The notes under the pieces: model-generated | The model's database searches: none | Seen by the model: the letters and a program-made list of their open reading frames with translations, nothing else | Told to the model about the DNA's origin: nothing | Assembly (NCBI RefSeq): GCF_026210795.1 | Contig: NC_089429.1 | Coordinates: forward strand, 1,240,001 to 1,304,000 | Reading direction: 5' to 3' | DNA length: 64,000 nucleotides | Origin: Rhizophagus irregularis | Lineage: Eukaryota | In this document: in pieces, positions 1 through 12,200 of the stretch | Layout: each line of letters starts with the position of its first letter | How positions within the stretch are numbered: position 1 is the stretch's first letter | Made by a program: the position numbers and the translations under genes

Positions 1-1590
1 TACTCTTTTAGCTAAATATAATGAAGATATTTACAATGCAGATGAAACAGGACTATTTTTTCGGATGAACCAAAACATACTCTTGGTTCAAGTAAGATTT
101 CCGGGTGAAAACAAGTAAGAGATTTATATTAAATAATAATTGATCTCTTATTAAAAAATGATTTATCTTGATTAGTGTTGGTCTCCGTAAATAGTTGTAA
201 GTCCAAAAGTCAAGTAAATATAATTTTTGTAAATCAGAATTACTATCTTTTAGCTAACCACAATAGTGTAGTATTTACCTGTTACAGCCAATTTACAGCT
301 TACGTTTATAATATTACAACTACTAAAGGTCGTAATTCGATATATAATAATCGTTACTTATGGCAACCAAAGCCGCATTTCAATTCATTTATGTAGTAAT
401 TCTACAGATTCTCATAAATTTTCACCGCTTGTGATTGGGAAATCAAACACGCTTGTTTTAAAAATATCAACAAGGCTTCTTTTCTTGTAACTTATTATGC
501 CAATTCCAAAGCATGGATAAGGTCAGATATTTTCGTTGAGTGGCTTCACATCTTGATAACTGGTTTCGTATAATGGATTGATAAAGATAGTTCTGATTTA
601 AATGAGGATGAAAAAAAAGCAACAAAAAGCCTAATATTAAACTTACTAATATTGAGTTTATTTATCTTCCTCCAAACACGACCGCCCACCTTCAGCAAAT
701 GGATGCTGGAATTATCCACAGTTTTAAATCCAAGTATAAACGAGAATTTTATAAGCATCTGATTCAACAATTTGATAATGGGATAGATCGAAAAAGTAAA
801 TGTAAATTTTTTTAATTACTTTTATAAACTTTATTTTATTTGATCATTTAATTTATTTCTAATTATAAAATTATTAAAATTATTATAATCAAAAATTAAT
901 AAATGTTTCAGAATATATAGCTGAAGCGTGGGAAAATGTTACTCCAACAACCATTCAGGTATACTTCCAGCTTCCGATTTTCTTGTCAATATGCAAGATT
1001 TTGAAATAGATAATGAATCAGATGAATTAGATGGAATTAATATTGGTTGTTTGCCAGAAGTTGATGAATTACGAGAATATCTCCGAATACTTTGTCAAGA
1101 TATTCCGACTGTAGAACAACCCAATGATGAACAAATCATTAATTTGTTGCAGAATGAAGACGAAAGTGATGATGATAGTTCAGATGAAGACGTACTGCTA
1201 GTATCAGAAAAACAAGTTGATGCATTAAAAATATTTATTAATTATTTTGAGCAACAAGAATTTTAACGTTGATAATTTACGTATTTTTCAAAAATATTTG
1301 AGAATGGCTAGAATTAGAGAGATAAATTTGAAAAAACAAAGCACTCTATATGTTTTTTTAGAAAATAGTATCAAATCGTTTATTTTAGTAATTAATATCG
1401 TTACAATATAATATAATCATCAGGAATAGGTAATATAATAGTAATAAAGGAGTTTCGTTACGCAAAATGCAAATACATTTTTTGTGATCGATAGGCGGAA
1501 GATTAAATATATATATTCATTTGAACATTAAAAATTTATATATAATCACATCACTCAAATGTGTGACTATATGAATAGAGGGGCTAACTG
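1..1590 (+). mobile_element. Decayed pogo/Tigger-like (DDE_1, Tc1/mariner superfamily) DNA transposon, right part; runs off the left window edge
   Basis: Frameshifted peptides 'YNEDIYNADETGLFF' (18-62), 'ANSKAWIRSDIFVEWL' (~498-546) and an acidic tail (ORF 928-1266) are typical of DDE_1/CENP-B-like transposases. Candidate right TIR ...ATAGAGGGGCTAACTG followed by TA at 1591-1592. Confidence 0.75.
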
Positions 1591-2147
1591 TATTCGCAAC
1601 TACAATCCAAGTACGAATTTGACTCAATACCCAAATCTTCGACGCCCTCAAATGTCAAGATGACACCTTCTCCAAGTGATGATGAATCATCTCCCAAAAA
1701 CAAACGTATGAAACAAACCATCACCTATAGAGTGATAATCAGATTATGGAGTGATTATTTAGATCATAGAGTGGTAATCAGATTATATGGTTGTACCATA
1801 ACTAGTCTAAGTGGACTCCGTTATTAGTTTTTTAAAATGCAACTATACTATATAAATCTCGTGCAAATTAAATATATTACATAACTGTTAAACAATGTAA
1901 AATAAATATTTCATCATCACCCGACAATTCGTTATCGTTGGCTAATGTACACAAGGTTTTTGGTGTAACCATATTTGTTGTTGCGAAAGCAATTATTTAT
2001 CATATTTATCATCACTATGGTCATACAGAATATTACGCGAATTTTGTATAAATAAAATCTCACCAACTAAATTTTTTGACATTGTGAAAATTTATATCAA
2101 ATAATAAACATTATTTTCGTTATTATTTTTTTTTTTGGGATAAAAGT

Positions 2148-3623
2148 ATGTCCAAACTCAATAAAGATGTTCTTTCCCTAATATTTGATTTATTACAAGA
2201 TGATTCAAGATCCCTCTTTTCATGTCTAATGGTGAATAAACTTTGGTGTGAAACTATTATTCCAATTTTATGGAGGAATCCTTGGCGTTATGCTAGTATT
2301 AATTATAGTAATAAAAGTTATTTATTCACCATTATTTCTTATTATTTATCTAATGATATTAAAGAATTCTTAATGAAGAAAGGAATCCAATTATCAACGA
2401 TTTCATCCAAATCACTATCTTTTGATTATTTATCATTCTGTAGAAGTATCAATATAAATACTTTAAATATTATAATATCAATTGGTTCTTCATTAGCATT
2501 TAATCAATTTCTTTTACAACAAGAATTTTACATCCTCTTCATGAGAAAATTACCCGAGTTGAAGTGCTTAGATATGAGGTCAATTGAACATCAAATATTT
2601 TATTTTCCAGAAGCAAAAACTCGCTTTAAAACATTATGTGAATTAAAATGTGATACATCTATTGATTCTTCATATTTTTATGGATTAGCATGTATTTGTC
2701 AATATATACAGAGTATCATCATTATTAATGTAAAAACTGAGTCCAATCCTGGACTTGTTAAATTAATTGAAGTTCAAAAGAATCTCAAGTATTTTGAATG
2801 GATTGATGATTTTAATGATGATGATTTAGCAGATCCTTATAAAGATATCTTTCTTGAATTAGAAAAAAAGGGAGATATTCTCAATCATTTAGTATTATTT
2901 TTTCAATGGATTGAAGGTCTTGATTATCATTATAAATCAATGCAAAACTTACTCCCAAAACTTCATAAAATAAAAACCTTAATAATTAATGACATCAGTT
3001 TTGTTGACGAAACCCTATCAAAATTATTAGTTTATAATGATCTTGAAACTCTTAATGTAAGTTACATTACAGTATATGAAGCTTCTATCATAATCGAAAA
3101 TAGTGGGGGACGTCTTAAAGAAGTATCATTAAAACCTTGTAGATTTTTAATGTGTGCAAGTAATTTTAGTGTGGACTCTCTCATTTTTATCCGTAAAATT
3201 TATGAAAATTGTCCTTTAATCGAAAGTCTTTCACTTTCATTTTCATTATCAAAAGATCATCTCACTGAACTTGAAAATTTACTAAAAGTTTGTCAAAATT
3301 TGAAATCATTATTATTAATTAGAACAAATATGTATGAAAAAGGAAGTGAAGAAAATTTATTAAAATTATTAATTAAATCAGCACCAAATAATTTAAGAGA
3401 ACTTAGATTTCTTATTAAATTTGAATTCTCTTTGAAAGTCTTTGAGGAATTTTTAAAAGAATGGAGAGGACGACCTGCACTTTCTATATTAACATCTGAT
3501 CCTATTTATGAAAATGAAGATTATAAAAATTTGATTAATAATTATAAAAATGAAGGAATAATTAAAGCTTTTAAGGTAGAATCTATATGGAATATAGAAA
3601 ATATGAACTTCAAAATACAATGA
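2148..3623 (+). CDS. F-box / LRR (RNI)-like protein of the expanded Glomeromycotina family
   Basis: Intact single-exon 491-aa ORF. N-terminal F-box-like motif 'LNKDVLSLIF...SLFSCLMVNKLWCETIIPILWRNPW' followed by Leu-rich repeat-like sequence. Confidence 0.85.
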   Translation: MSKLNKDVLSLIFDLLQDDSRSLFSCLMVNKLWCETIIPILWRNPWRYASINYSNKSYLFTIISYYLSNDIKEFLMKKGIQLSTISSKSLSFDYLSFCRSININTLNIIISIGSSLAFNQFLLQQEFYILFMRKLPELKCLDMRSIEHQIFYFPEAKTRFKTLCELKCDTSIDSSYFYGLACICQYIQSIIIINVKTESNPGLVKLIEVQKNLKYFEWIDDFNDDDLADPYKDIFLELEKKGDILNHLVLFFQWIEGLDYHYKSMQNLLPKLHKIKTLIINDISFVDETLSKLLVYNDLETLNVSYITVYEASIIIENSGGRLKEVSLKPCRFLMCASNFSVDSLIFIRKIYENCPLIESLSLSFSLSKDHLTELENLLKVCQNLKSLLLIRTNMYEKGSEENLLKLLIKSAPNNLRELRFLIKFEFSLKVFEEFLKEWRGRPALSILTSDPIYENEDYKNLINNYKNEGIIKAFKVESIWNIENMNFKIQ

Positions 3624-4334
3624 TATCATGTTTTTAATTATGATTTAACGTTAATAAAAGATTTTATTTTATAAAAGTTTAATGTGATTCTTATTACTTC
3701 CACATATGTAAAATTTTGTTTGTTAACGATCATAATACAATCAAGGATTAATATAACAAATACTTAACTAATATGATACTTATTCTTAGATTTCTGAGCT
3801 GGATCAAAGTTATCAAAGTTTTCAATAGTCAGCTGCTATTTTCGTCAATTTTTTGTTACTAGTCGGTCAGTAGTATTTTAGTTATAGACTTTTTATTAAA
3901 GAAAATTATTTTTTTAAGCAATGAATATTCTTTCTTAGTATACCAATTTATAGACTCAAAATAACGCTTACAGAATAAATATATTTTATAGTTGAAATAC
4001 TCAATTACTTGTGTCCTAACCTGATTATACATCTTGATCGAAAAGTTTAGATAGAAATAATAAATATAATTTACATATAATATTCAATTGAAACATAGAT
4101 TGAGCTACAGTATCTACTATCTAGTATATCGACTGTTTATATACACAGTAAGTATGACAATTAACGAAATTATACGCCATTTATATGATCATTTAATAAA
4201 AAATGTAGTGAATGAAATAATAATGAACATCATCCAATGGATCCACCAACTTCAATAGTAGTGTTATAATACTCATCATCTTCTAGACTTCATTATAATT
4301 TTGACTTGAAAAAATTGTTTGTACATTACTATTA

Positions 4335-4871
4335 TTGTCAGATTAAATTGTCCGAAGCGGGAGCGGAGGATTTTTACATAACTACGCAAAATGCAATGTT
4401 CGTCGTGAATTTACACGCACGTGATCAGGTGTATGTACCTTAAATTTTGATATTGTTAACCTACTTTTTTGACTTATTATTTGCTTAGGCTTTGTTATTC
4501 TTAAATTTTGTTAAACTTTAGATTGGACTTATATTGAATTATTTGGATTTAACCTAATCTTTATTTTACAAGAAAAATTTATCTCGAAAACAAAGTTAAT
4601 TAGTATATATAATCAATCTCAATGATGTTCTTTTTAAATCGTTGTCGTTTGAAGACTTCAAAATATAAAAAATCCAAAAAGTTTCGAGAGACTGTTTGAA
4701 GAAAGGTGATTAATTTCAATGATTTCTTAATACAATTTTATTTTATTATCATAAACAATTAAATTATTATTTGATTTCAGTATTTAATTTATTACCACAA
4801 TTATATTGTTAACACAATTACTCTCCAGAACCGTGAACGCTTCGGACGTTTAACGGTCACCGTTGTCTAAT
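4335..4871 (+). mobile_element. Possible Helentron/DINE-like non-autonomous element
   Basis: Subterminal inverted repeats TTAAATTGTCCGAAGCG (4343-4359) and CGCTTCGGACGTTTAA (4838-4853). The right copy lies within a hairpin (4830-4857) followed by ...GTCTAAT. Confidence 0.45.
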
Positions 4872-6466
4872 TAATTAAACACAAGAGTAAGTGAGCAAAT
4901 AAAAATTTAATGTTGAACAAACGAACAGCTAGCAAATGATCCATACGACCATACCACACTCATACTAGTTATTTAAATATAAAGTTCTTATTATGTAAAT
5001 ATTAGAAATAAAAATATAATATAATTAAATGATTTATAACTTGCATTAATGCATTCTATATTAATGATTTTTCTTTAGTTAGTTTAAATGTTACATAAAT
5101 GTACCTACCTTTTAACAGTGACTAGTACGATAGTACCCAATAAAGAAACGAAAACAAAAAATAATATTTATATCAACCTTAATGCAATAATGATTTATTT
5201 GTAAAGGTAAACTTTCGAAGAATTACTTGTGTTCATTGTAGTCAAATTATTACAATTTTTTTTTTATTTGCAATGCTAAATTTTTGCACTTTAAGCATGC
5301 ATGTATCGATCAATTTTCTCGAAATGACAATTAATTATAACGTTAAATCAATTAAAGAAAAACATATACCTCAAAAAGATTAAGATGAACGTTGGTTAGG
5401 AAGATACAATCGTAAGCACAATTTGTAACATGTAAAGCCTCGTATATTGATAGATACTACGAGCACAAGGTTAATTCAGGGAAGAAATTAATAAATACTC
5501 TATAGAAAAGAAATTGATAAAATAATAAATGGAGAGTGTAACAAGTATGGTATGATGTTAGTGTGTCAAGGTATATGGTAAAAGTATGGCAAAAGTATAA
5601 TATACCCATAATTTTTTTTTAACCATTTTATTAATTATTATATTCGAAGTCAGTGAATAATACAAAAATACATAAAGTAAAGAATAAATTACTGATAGCC
5701 CTATAACTAACCAGTCTATCTAAAAGGACTATAACTAACTAATAAAAAATAAATTCTAATTGTTGAATTTAAAACTAATTGTTCGTTTGGTTACTAAACT
5801 AAAAAAAAAACATTTTTACGAAATTTTTTTGATATTTTCCTGTGTTTTTGAATTTCTACCTATTCTATAATAAACTTGCTACAACTAATACATTGGTAAC
5901 GCTAAATACGAAATAATATAAAATATTAAAAATAAAGCCTAATTAATTCCCGTTAAACGGAAACGTATTAGAATAATAGCCAAAAATTCTTCACTTGACT
6001 ACGATAATCTGTAACCCTTTTCCAACGAAGAAAAAACCTTGACCTTACTTTCAAATTTGTTTACTGTTGAACGACATATTGTTTATTCGCTATCAGAGTC
6101 GGCTCTGCTTCCCTGAACTGTCACAACGCGTTTCTTATTTTCGTTCAATTTTTCAGTTTCTGATTCCACTTATCTTTTCCTTTACTTATTGTGTCTTCTT
6201 TACCGCTAATCTTGTTAATTTTTTCACTAAAATTGTTGTTTAATTGGTTGAATTTTTCGACTACTTCTTTACTCGGCACTGTTGAAACCATTGATACTAG
6301 GACTCGATAACGCATCTTCAAATTGTTCGTCCTCCGATGGAGGATGTGAACATACCCATAATTCACATGGCACGCATACGTACATATTATTTACCGATAT
6401 TTTCTGAATAATATTTAGGTATGATACGATATAAAATATTTGAGAAAATATAGTGGTAAATTTAAT

Positions 6467-6760
6467 CCCTATAAAAAAAGAAAATTCGGAATTTGTCCTG
6501 AAAAGTATGGAAAATGTCCGGAAACTTTCCGTGCGTCCGGAAAACATTCGGAAACGGTCATGTTTTGGAACATTTTCCGGACGCTCGATTCTGGACAAAT
6601 TCTGGACAAATTCTGGAGTGTCAAGAAAATGTCTGGAATTTGTGCGTCCGGAAAGTGTTCCAAAACGTGACCGTTTCCGAATGTTTTCCGGACGCACGGA
6701 AAATTTCCGGACATTTTCCATACTTTTCAGGACAAATTCCGAATTTTCTTTTTTATAGGG
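6467..6760. mobile_element. 294-bp foldback MITE with ~118-bp near-perfect TIRs and 3-bp TSD (AAT)
   Basis: Ends CCCTATAAAAAAAGAAAATTCGG... and ...CCGAATTTTCTTTTTTATAGGG. AAT at 6464-6466 and 6761-6763. The mirrored ORFs on both strands here are a by-product of the palindrome. Confidence 0.9.
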
Positions 6761-7133
6761 AATTCAGTTATTTGCATTAATAAATACTGTATGATTATCA
6801 TATTGCCACGTTAGTTACTAAAAAAGTAAATAATTATTTTAACGATTAGTTATTTGTTAATAATCGTAAAAACAAGAAATTATAAATTCAAATTATATAA
6901 TGTGTATTTTAGTAAGCATTACGTTATCTCGCTATAACAACATCTTCGGCATTGATATCGTGTAACTATCATGTGTTATGTGTAACATCCCGTGTATCTG
7001 CATTAAACCGTGCATGCTATGTTAAGCTAATAATAGAACTGCGTTACACAGAATCATCCAAACTGATAATTGTTACATCACTCGGCCTATAAAAGATTTT
7101 CAATACTTTTCCTCCATTTTTTTTCTTGGAAAT

Positions 7134-10100
7134 ATGTTTTCGAGTCTTTTTTTTAATATAAGAAAAAATTATAGCTTTAAAAGGAATAATAATTTTTTTT
7201 TTCATAAATTTCATCAAAAATTTACAAATTTATCAGAAAATTATGAAATAAAATCAAAAATATTACAAAATAATGTACAAAAACCGTCAAAAAAATTAGG
7301 AAGAAGTTATGATCCAGTAAGATTAATTAAGATAAAAAAAAAAAAATAACTAAATACATAATTAAAAAATTTTTAATAATAATATTATTAAACCTTTTCA
7401 ATTTTTGTAAAGGCCATAGTTGAACAGGGATGGTATGATTGGTGGGATCATAAAGGTATGCTCAATTAAACAATTAAATCATATAATTATCAAATTTTTA
7501 TTTATTTATTATTTAATTAAGGATTCTTTGGATCAACGAATTTGGATTATGAGGATCAAAAAAATTTTATTATGCTTTCACCACCTCCAAACGTTACAGG
7601 ATCTTTACACATAGGACATGCGTTGACATTTAGTATACAAGTAAGAAAAAGAATAAATAATCTAATATTGATCTATCGGTTATTTATAAAATGTTGGAAT
7701 TAAAATAATATTTTTGATAGGATGCTTTAAGTAGATGGTATCGAATGTCTGGATATAATGTGTCTTGGATACCTGGAACAGATCATGCTGGTATTGGAAT
7801 GCAATCGGTTATCGAAAAAAAACTTTTCAATGAAAGAAATGTAGTATTGAATGATATTTATTAATATTTGTGATAAAAGAAAAATTTAAACAATAAAAAT
7901 TTTACCTGATAGATTACTCGACATGATCTTGGAAGAGAGAATTTTGTCAAGGAAGTTTGGAATTGGCGTGAACTTCATGGTGACAAGATAATTAAGCAAT
8001 TGGTGATTAACAGATTTATCCTTTTTTTTATATTATTTTATTCATTAAATTAACGTTGTTTATATTATTTAAGAGACGTTTGGGTTCTTCATTGGATTGG
8101 AATAATTTATTTTTTACAATGGATGCTCCACGCTCAAAAGCAGTAACGAATGCGTTCATTAAATTGTATAATGATGGAATGATTTATCGGGATACTCGAT
8201 TAGTAAATTGGTGTTGTGCTTTAGGAACTGTTATTTCCGATATCGAAGTAAGATAAACTTTTTTTATTATTATTAGTAAGTTTATATTGTATTCAAATAT
8301 TTTAACCATGATTTCGCAAAGGTAGATTACAAATCTATTTCCGAACAGACTTTTTTGAAATTACCTGGAAGAGAAGAGGAGTAATTAGAAGATTCAAATT
8401 TTTTCCTACACTATTTTGTGGCAAATAATGATTAATTATTTTTATAACATTTTTTTATTTAAGAGTTGAGTTCGGTGTTCTTCATAGATTCGCGTATCCT
8501 TTAGCTGATAGTATGTCTAATGTGAAAGAATTAGTTGTGGCCACGACGAGGATTGAAACAATTTTAGGAGATACTGCTGTTGCTATACATCCTGATGACC
8601 TTCGTTACAAGGTATGAATTAAAAAAAAATTAAACGCAATTCAAGTTATATTGCTAAATTTCTTATAAATATTATAGAGTTTACATGGAAAATATGTTAT
8701 GCATCCTCTGCTTAATAAAAGAATTCCAATTGTGTGTGATCCTGAACTTGTTGATATGGAATTTGGAACGGGTGTTGTAAAGGTAAACGAATGAATATAT
8801 GTATAAATATGGCTTTTTAAATTATAAGATTCATTATTATAATATATTTGCACTAGGTAACGCCTGCACATGATACGAATGATTATGCTTGTGCTCGTAG
8901 GAATAAGTTGCCTATTATAAATATATTTAATAAGAATGGGACATTAAATGATAACTGTGGGATAACCGATTTGATTGTAAGTCGAGAGGGAGTCATTAGT
9001 TGCTTTTATTATTTTAAAAGAGAATTACTGTATTAATCTCATAAAATTTAAATTCCTTTTGGATTAAACAGAATAAGGATAGATTCGATGTACGCAAAAT
9101 CATCATTGACGTATTGCAATTTTTGGGATTTTATCGTGGAAAAGATACGAAGCATGAAATGAGGATCGCAATATGTTCTCGATCCGGAGATGTGATTGAA
9201 CCTTTATTACAACCTCAGTGGTAAAGTCATGAATATTTGAAATTTAAAATTCATTCATGATTGTCTAATATATATATATATATAATGTGTTTTTTCAGGT
9301 ATTTAAAATGTAAAGACATGGCTCAGAGAGCTTTACGTGATGTTGAAAGTGAAAAGATCGTAATCAAACCAAATTACCATACCGAAGAATGGAATAGATG
9401 GCTATGTGTGTATTAAAACATGATGTAGACGTACTTTTTTAACGTTATTAACTATGATTCAAAATTTTTATAACATAGGGAATATACAGGATTGGTGTAT
9501 ATCAAGACAATTATGGTGGGGTCATCCTATTCCTGTATATCATTTATCATACGAAGGTCAACCAACCAGTAAGTTATTATAAATATTAATTATATTAATT
9601 TTTTTTTAAAAAAAAATACTTAAATAAATTAATAAATAAATTATTATTTCATTATTTATTTAGGTGATGGTTTGTGGTTTGCTGCTGCTTCAACTAATGA
9701 GGCTGATCAGCTTGTCAAAGAATACTTTAAACAAAATAATATCTCATTACAGACTAATTATGCTTTGAAACAGGTAAGGATAATTGTTATTTTATTTTCT
9801 AAAAATTTATTTTTAACAAGTAACAACTTTATTTTAGGATGATGACGTATTAGATACTTGGTTTTCATCAGCTCTATTACCTTTATCCGCTTTACACTGG
9901 AATGGAAGTAATGAAATTCCCGTATGTACTTCGTTTATTATAGCGGATTATTTTTAGAATAAATCAATAATTTAAGAATAACAATTCACTTTTAATAGAT
10001 AAATTATCCCACAGATATGGTTGAGTCAGGATTTGATATTTTGTTTTTCTGGATATCTAGAATGACAATGTTGTGTACGTATTTTTCTGGAAAACCACCT

Positions 10101-12039
10101 TTTAAAAATATTTTATTACATGCGATGGTAAATATTTTTTTTAAAATTATATAATTAATTTTTTAAAAAAATTTATCAATGTTCTTTTTTGTAAATTATT
10201 AGGTTCGGGATTCAAAAGGACGTAAAATGTCAAAATCACTTGGGAATGTTATAGATCCGATACATGTAATTGAGGGTGTAACGTTAAAAGAAATGCAACA
10301 AGGATTATACAATAGTAATCTTCCAAAAAATGAAATAAATGAAAGCGTTGAATTGTTAGAAAAAGAATTTCCTGAAGGTATCAAAGCATGTGGAACTGAT
10401 TCTTTAAGATTTAGTCTAATATTCTATACACAACAGGTAAATTAGACAAAAATTAGATGGTTAATTTATTACAAAAAATTTCGTAAATTAACACTTTTTT
10501 TTTTGGAATAGACACGTCAAATTAATTTAGATATAACGAACGTTGTATCATCAGGAAACTTTTGCAACAAAATATGGAATTTATTTAAATTTGCACATGA
10601 AAGATTCGATTCATTAAATCATACTATATCAATATACAAAACAATATCAGATTCTTCACTATGCGGATTTACCGAACATTTATCATTAGTTGATAAATAT
10701 ATATTATCCAAATTAGCTAATACAGTAATATGCTCTCAAAATGGATTTCAAAAATTAGAGTTACATGAAGTAACTGATATACTTAGAAATTTTATTATCG
10801 GAGATTTGTGTGGTGTTTATTTGGAATTTATTAAACCAGTCTTATACGGAAATCAGGGAAATATCGATGTAAAAGTAAGTAGTTGTTTACGTGCTTATAT
10901 AATTGACGATTAATAATTACGAATATTTTCTTATATTTTATTTATTTTATTAGGCACAAAAAGCTGCGTTAAAGGTTTTGGAAATATGTTTGGATACTTC
11001 TTTAAGATTACTTCACCCTTTTATGCCATTTATTACTGAGGTATGGCATTATTTATTTATCATTTTTTTTTTTAAAAAAAAAGAGTGGAAATCTAACGAA
11101 TAATTACCTATTGATTCCGATTAATGCATAATCTTTAATTAAATTCCGTTATTTTTATTAGGAATTATGGCAAAGTCTAGTGAATCAGTCAGAAAATAAA
11201 TCTTTACCAGAATCGATTATGTTGGCTGAATATCCTAAAATAAAAGATTTTAATACATGGAAAGATAATAAAGTTGAAGACGCTATGCAGGTAAATCAAA
11301 AATATTTTTATTTTTTATAGGTTTTATAGATTTTAAGGAACCGGACTCAACGGACTCAATACCTTCTCATTATTTTTATATATTTAGACCGTTTTAGGTG
11401 TTATCCGTGCTTCACGTTCTCTAAGACAAAGAAATAACATACCATTAGGACACCCTTTACCTTTTACGATATGGACCAATGATCAAGAATTGATAAGTAA
11501 TCAAGGTCCGATTAAAAAATATTTTAATGATATACAAAAATTTATTCAAGCCTCTGAAATTAAGATTATTGATTCGCAGGTAAATTTTTTAATCTTTACA
11601 AGTTAATTATTTTAATTAGATAATTTATTTAAAATACTTTTTTATTTTTAGGATGAAAATTTATTAAGTAACTTTACAGTTAGTTTCATATCATCGAATC
11701 TTAAAGTATACGTACCAATATCATCTATATATGAAATTCAATCGTCTTTACAAAAAAAAAATAATACAGATAAAGATGAACAATTTAAAAATTTGAATAA
11801 AAAATTGGATAAAGTTAATATAGAATTGGATTCATTAAAGAATAAGACAGAAAATCCCGAATATGAAATAAAAGCTCCTAAAATTGCTAAAGAGAAAGAT
11901 AGGTATGTATTTGAAGAATTATTTTATAAATTATTTTTGATAACGCATGCTCTAATTTATAAATATATTTAGGAAAAAATATGAATCCTTAATTGAACAA
12001 AGAAATGTGTTACAAAAGAACATTGATTTGATAAAGTGA
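7134..12039 (+). CDS. VARS2: Valyl-tRNA synthetase (class I), probably mitochondrial; about 23 exons and 22 short GT-AG introns
   Basis: Spliced motifs [16 protein letters not shown] (~7581-7628), [90 protein letters not shown] (~10218-10259), [13 protein letters not shown]. Basic, Phe/Ser/Asn-rich N-terminus lacking acidic residues suggests a mitochondrial presequence (inference, hence the VARS2-type symbol). Stop TGA 12037-12039. Confidence 0.93.
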
Positions 12040-12200
12040 TATTAGTAATTGTCGTATTGTTTATAGAAAAAAAAAAATTTTTTTTTTTATTAAATAAATG
12101 TTAATTATGAAATAAAAATACAAAATTTCATCATAATATATAATTAATACAAATTTTCTTAAATTCTATTTTATAATTTTTTTTTTAAATAATATTTTTT

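Noticed and set aside
6269..6780. Five overlapping ORFs on both strands
   Set aside because: Mirror-image products of the palindromic MITE; no protein-family signal.
8494..8503. GTATCCTTT resembling a U12-type 5' splice site
   Set aside because: Lies within the ValRS exon encoding 'FAYPL', which reads through in frame; no matching U12 branch site.
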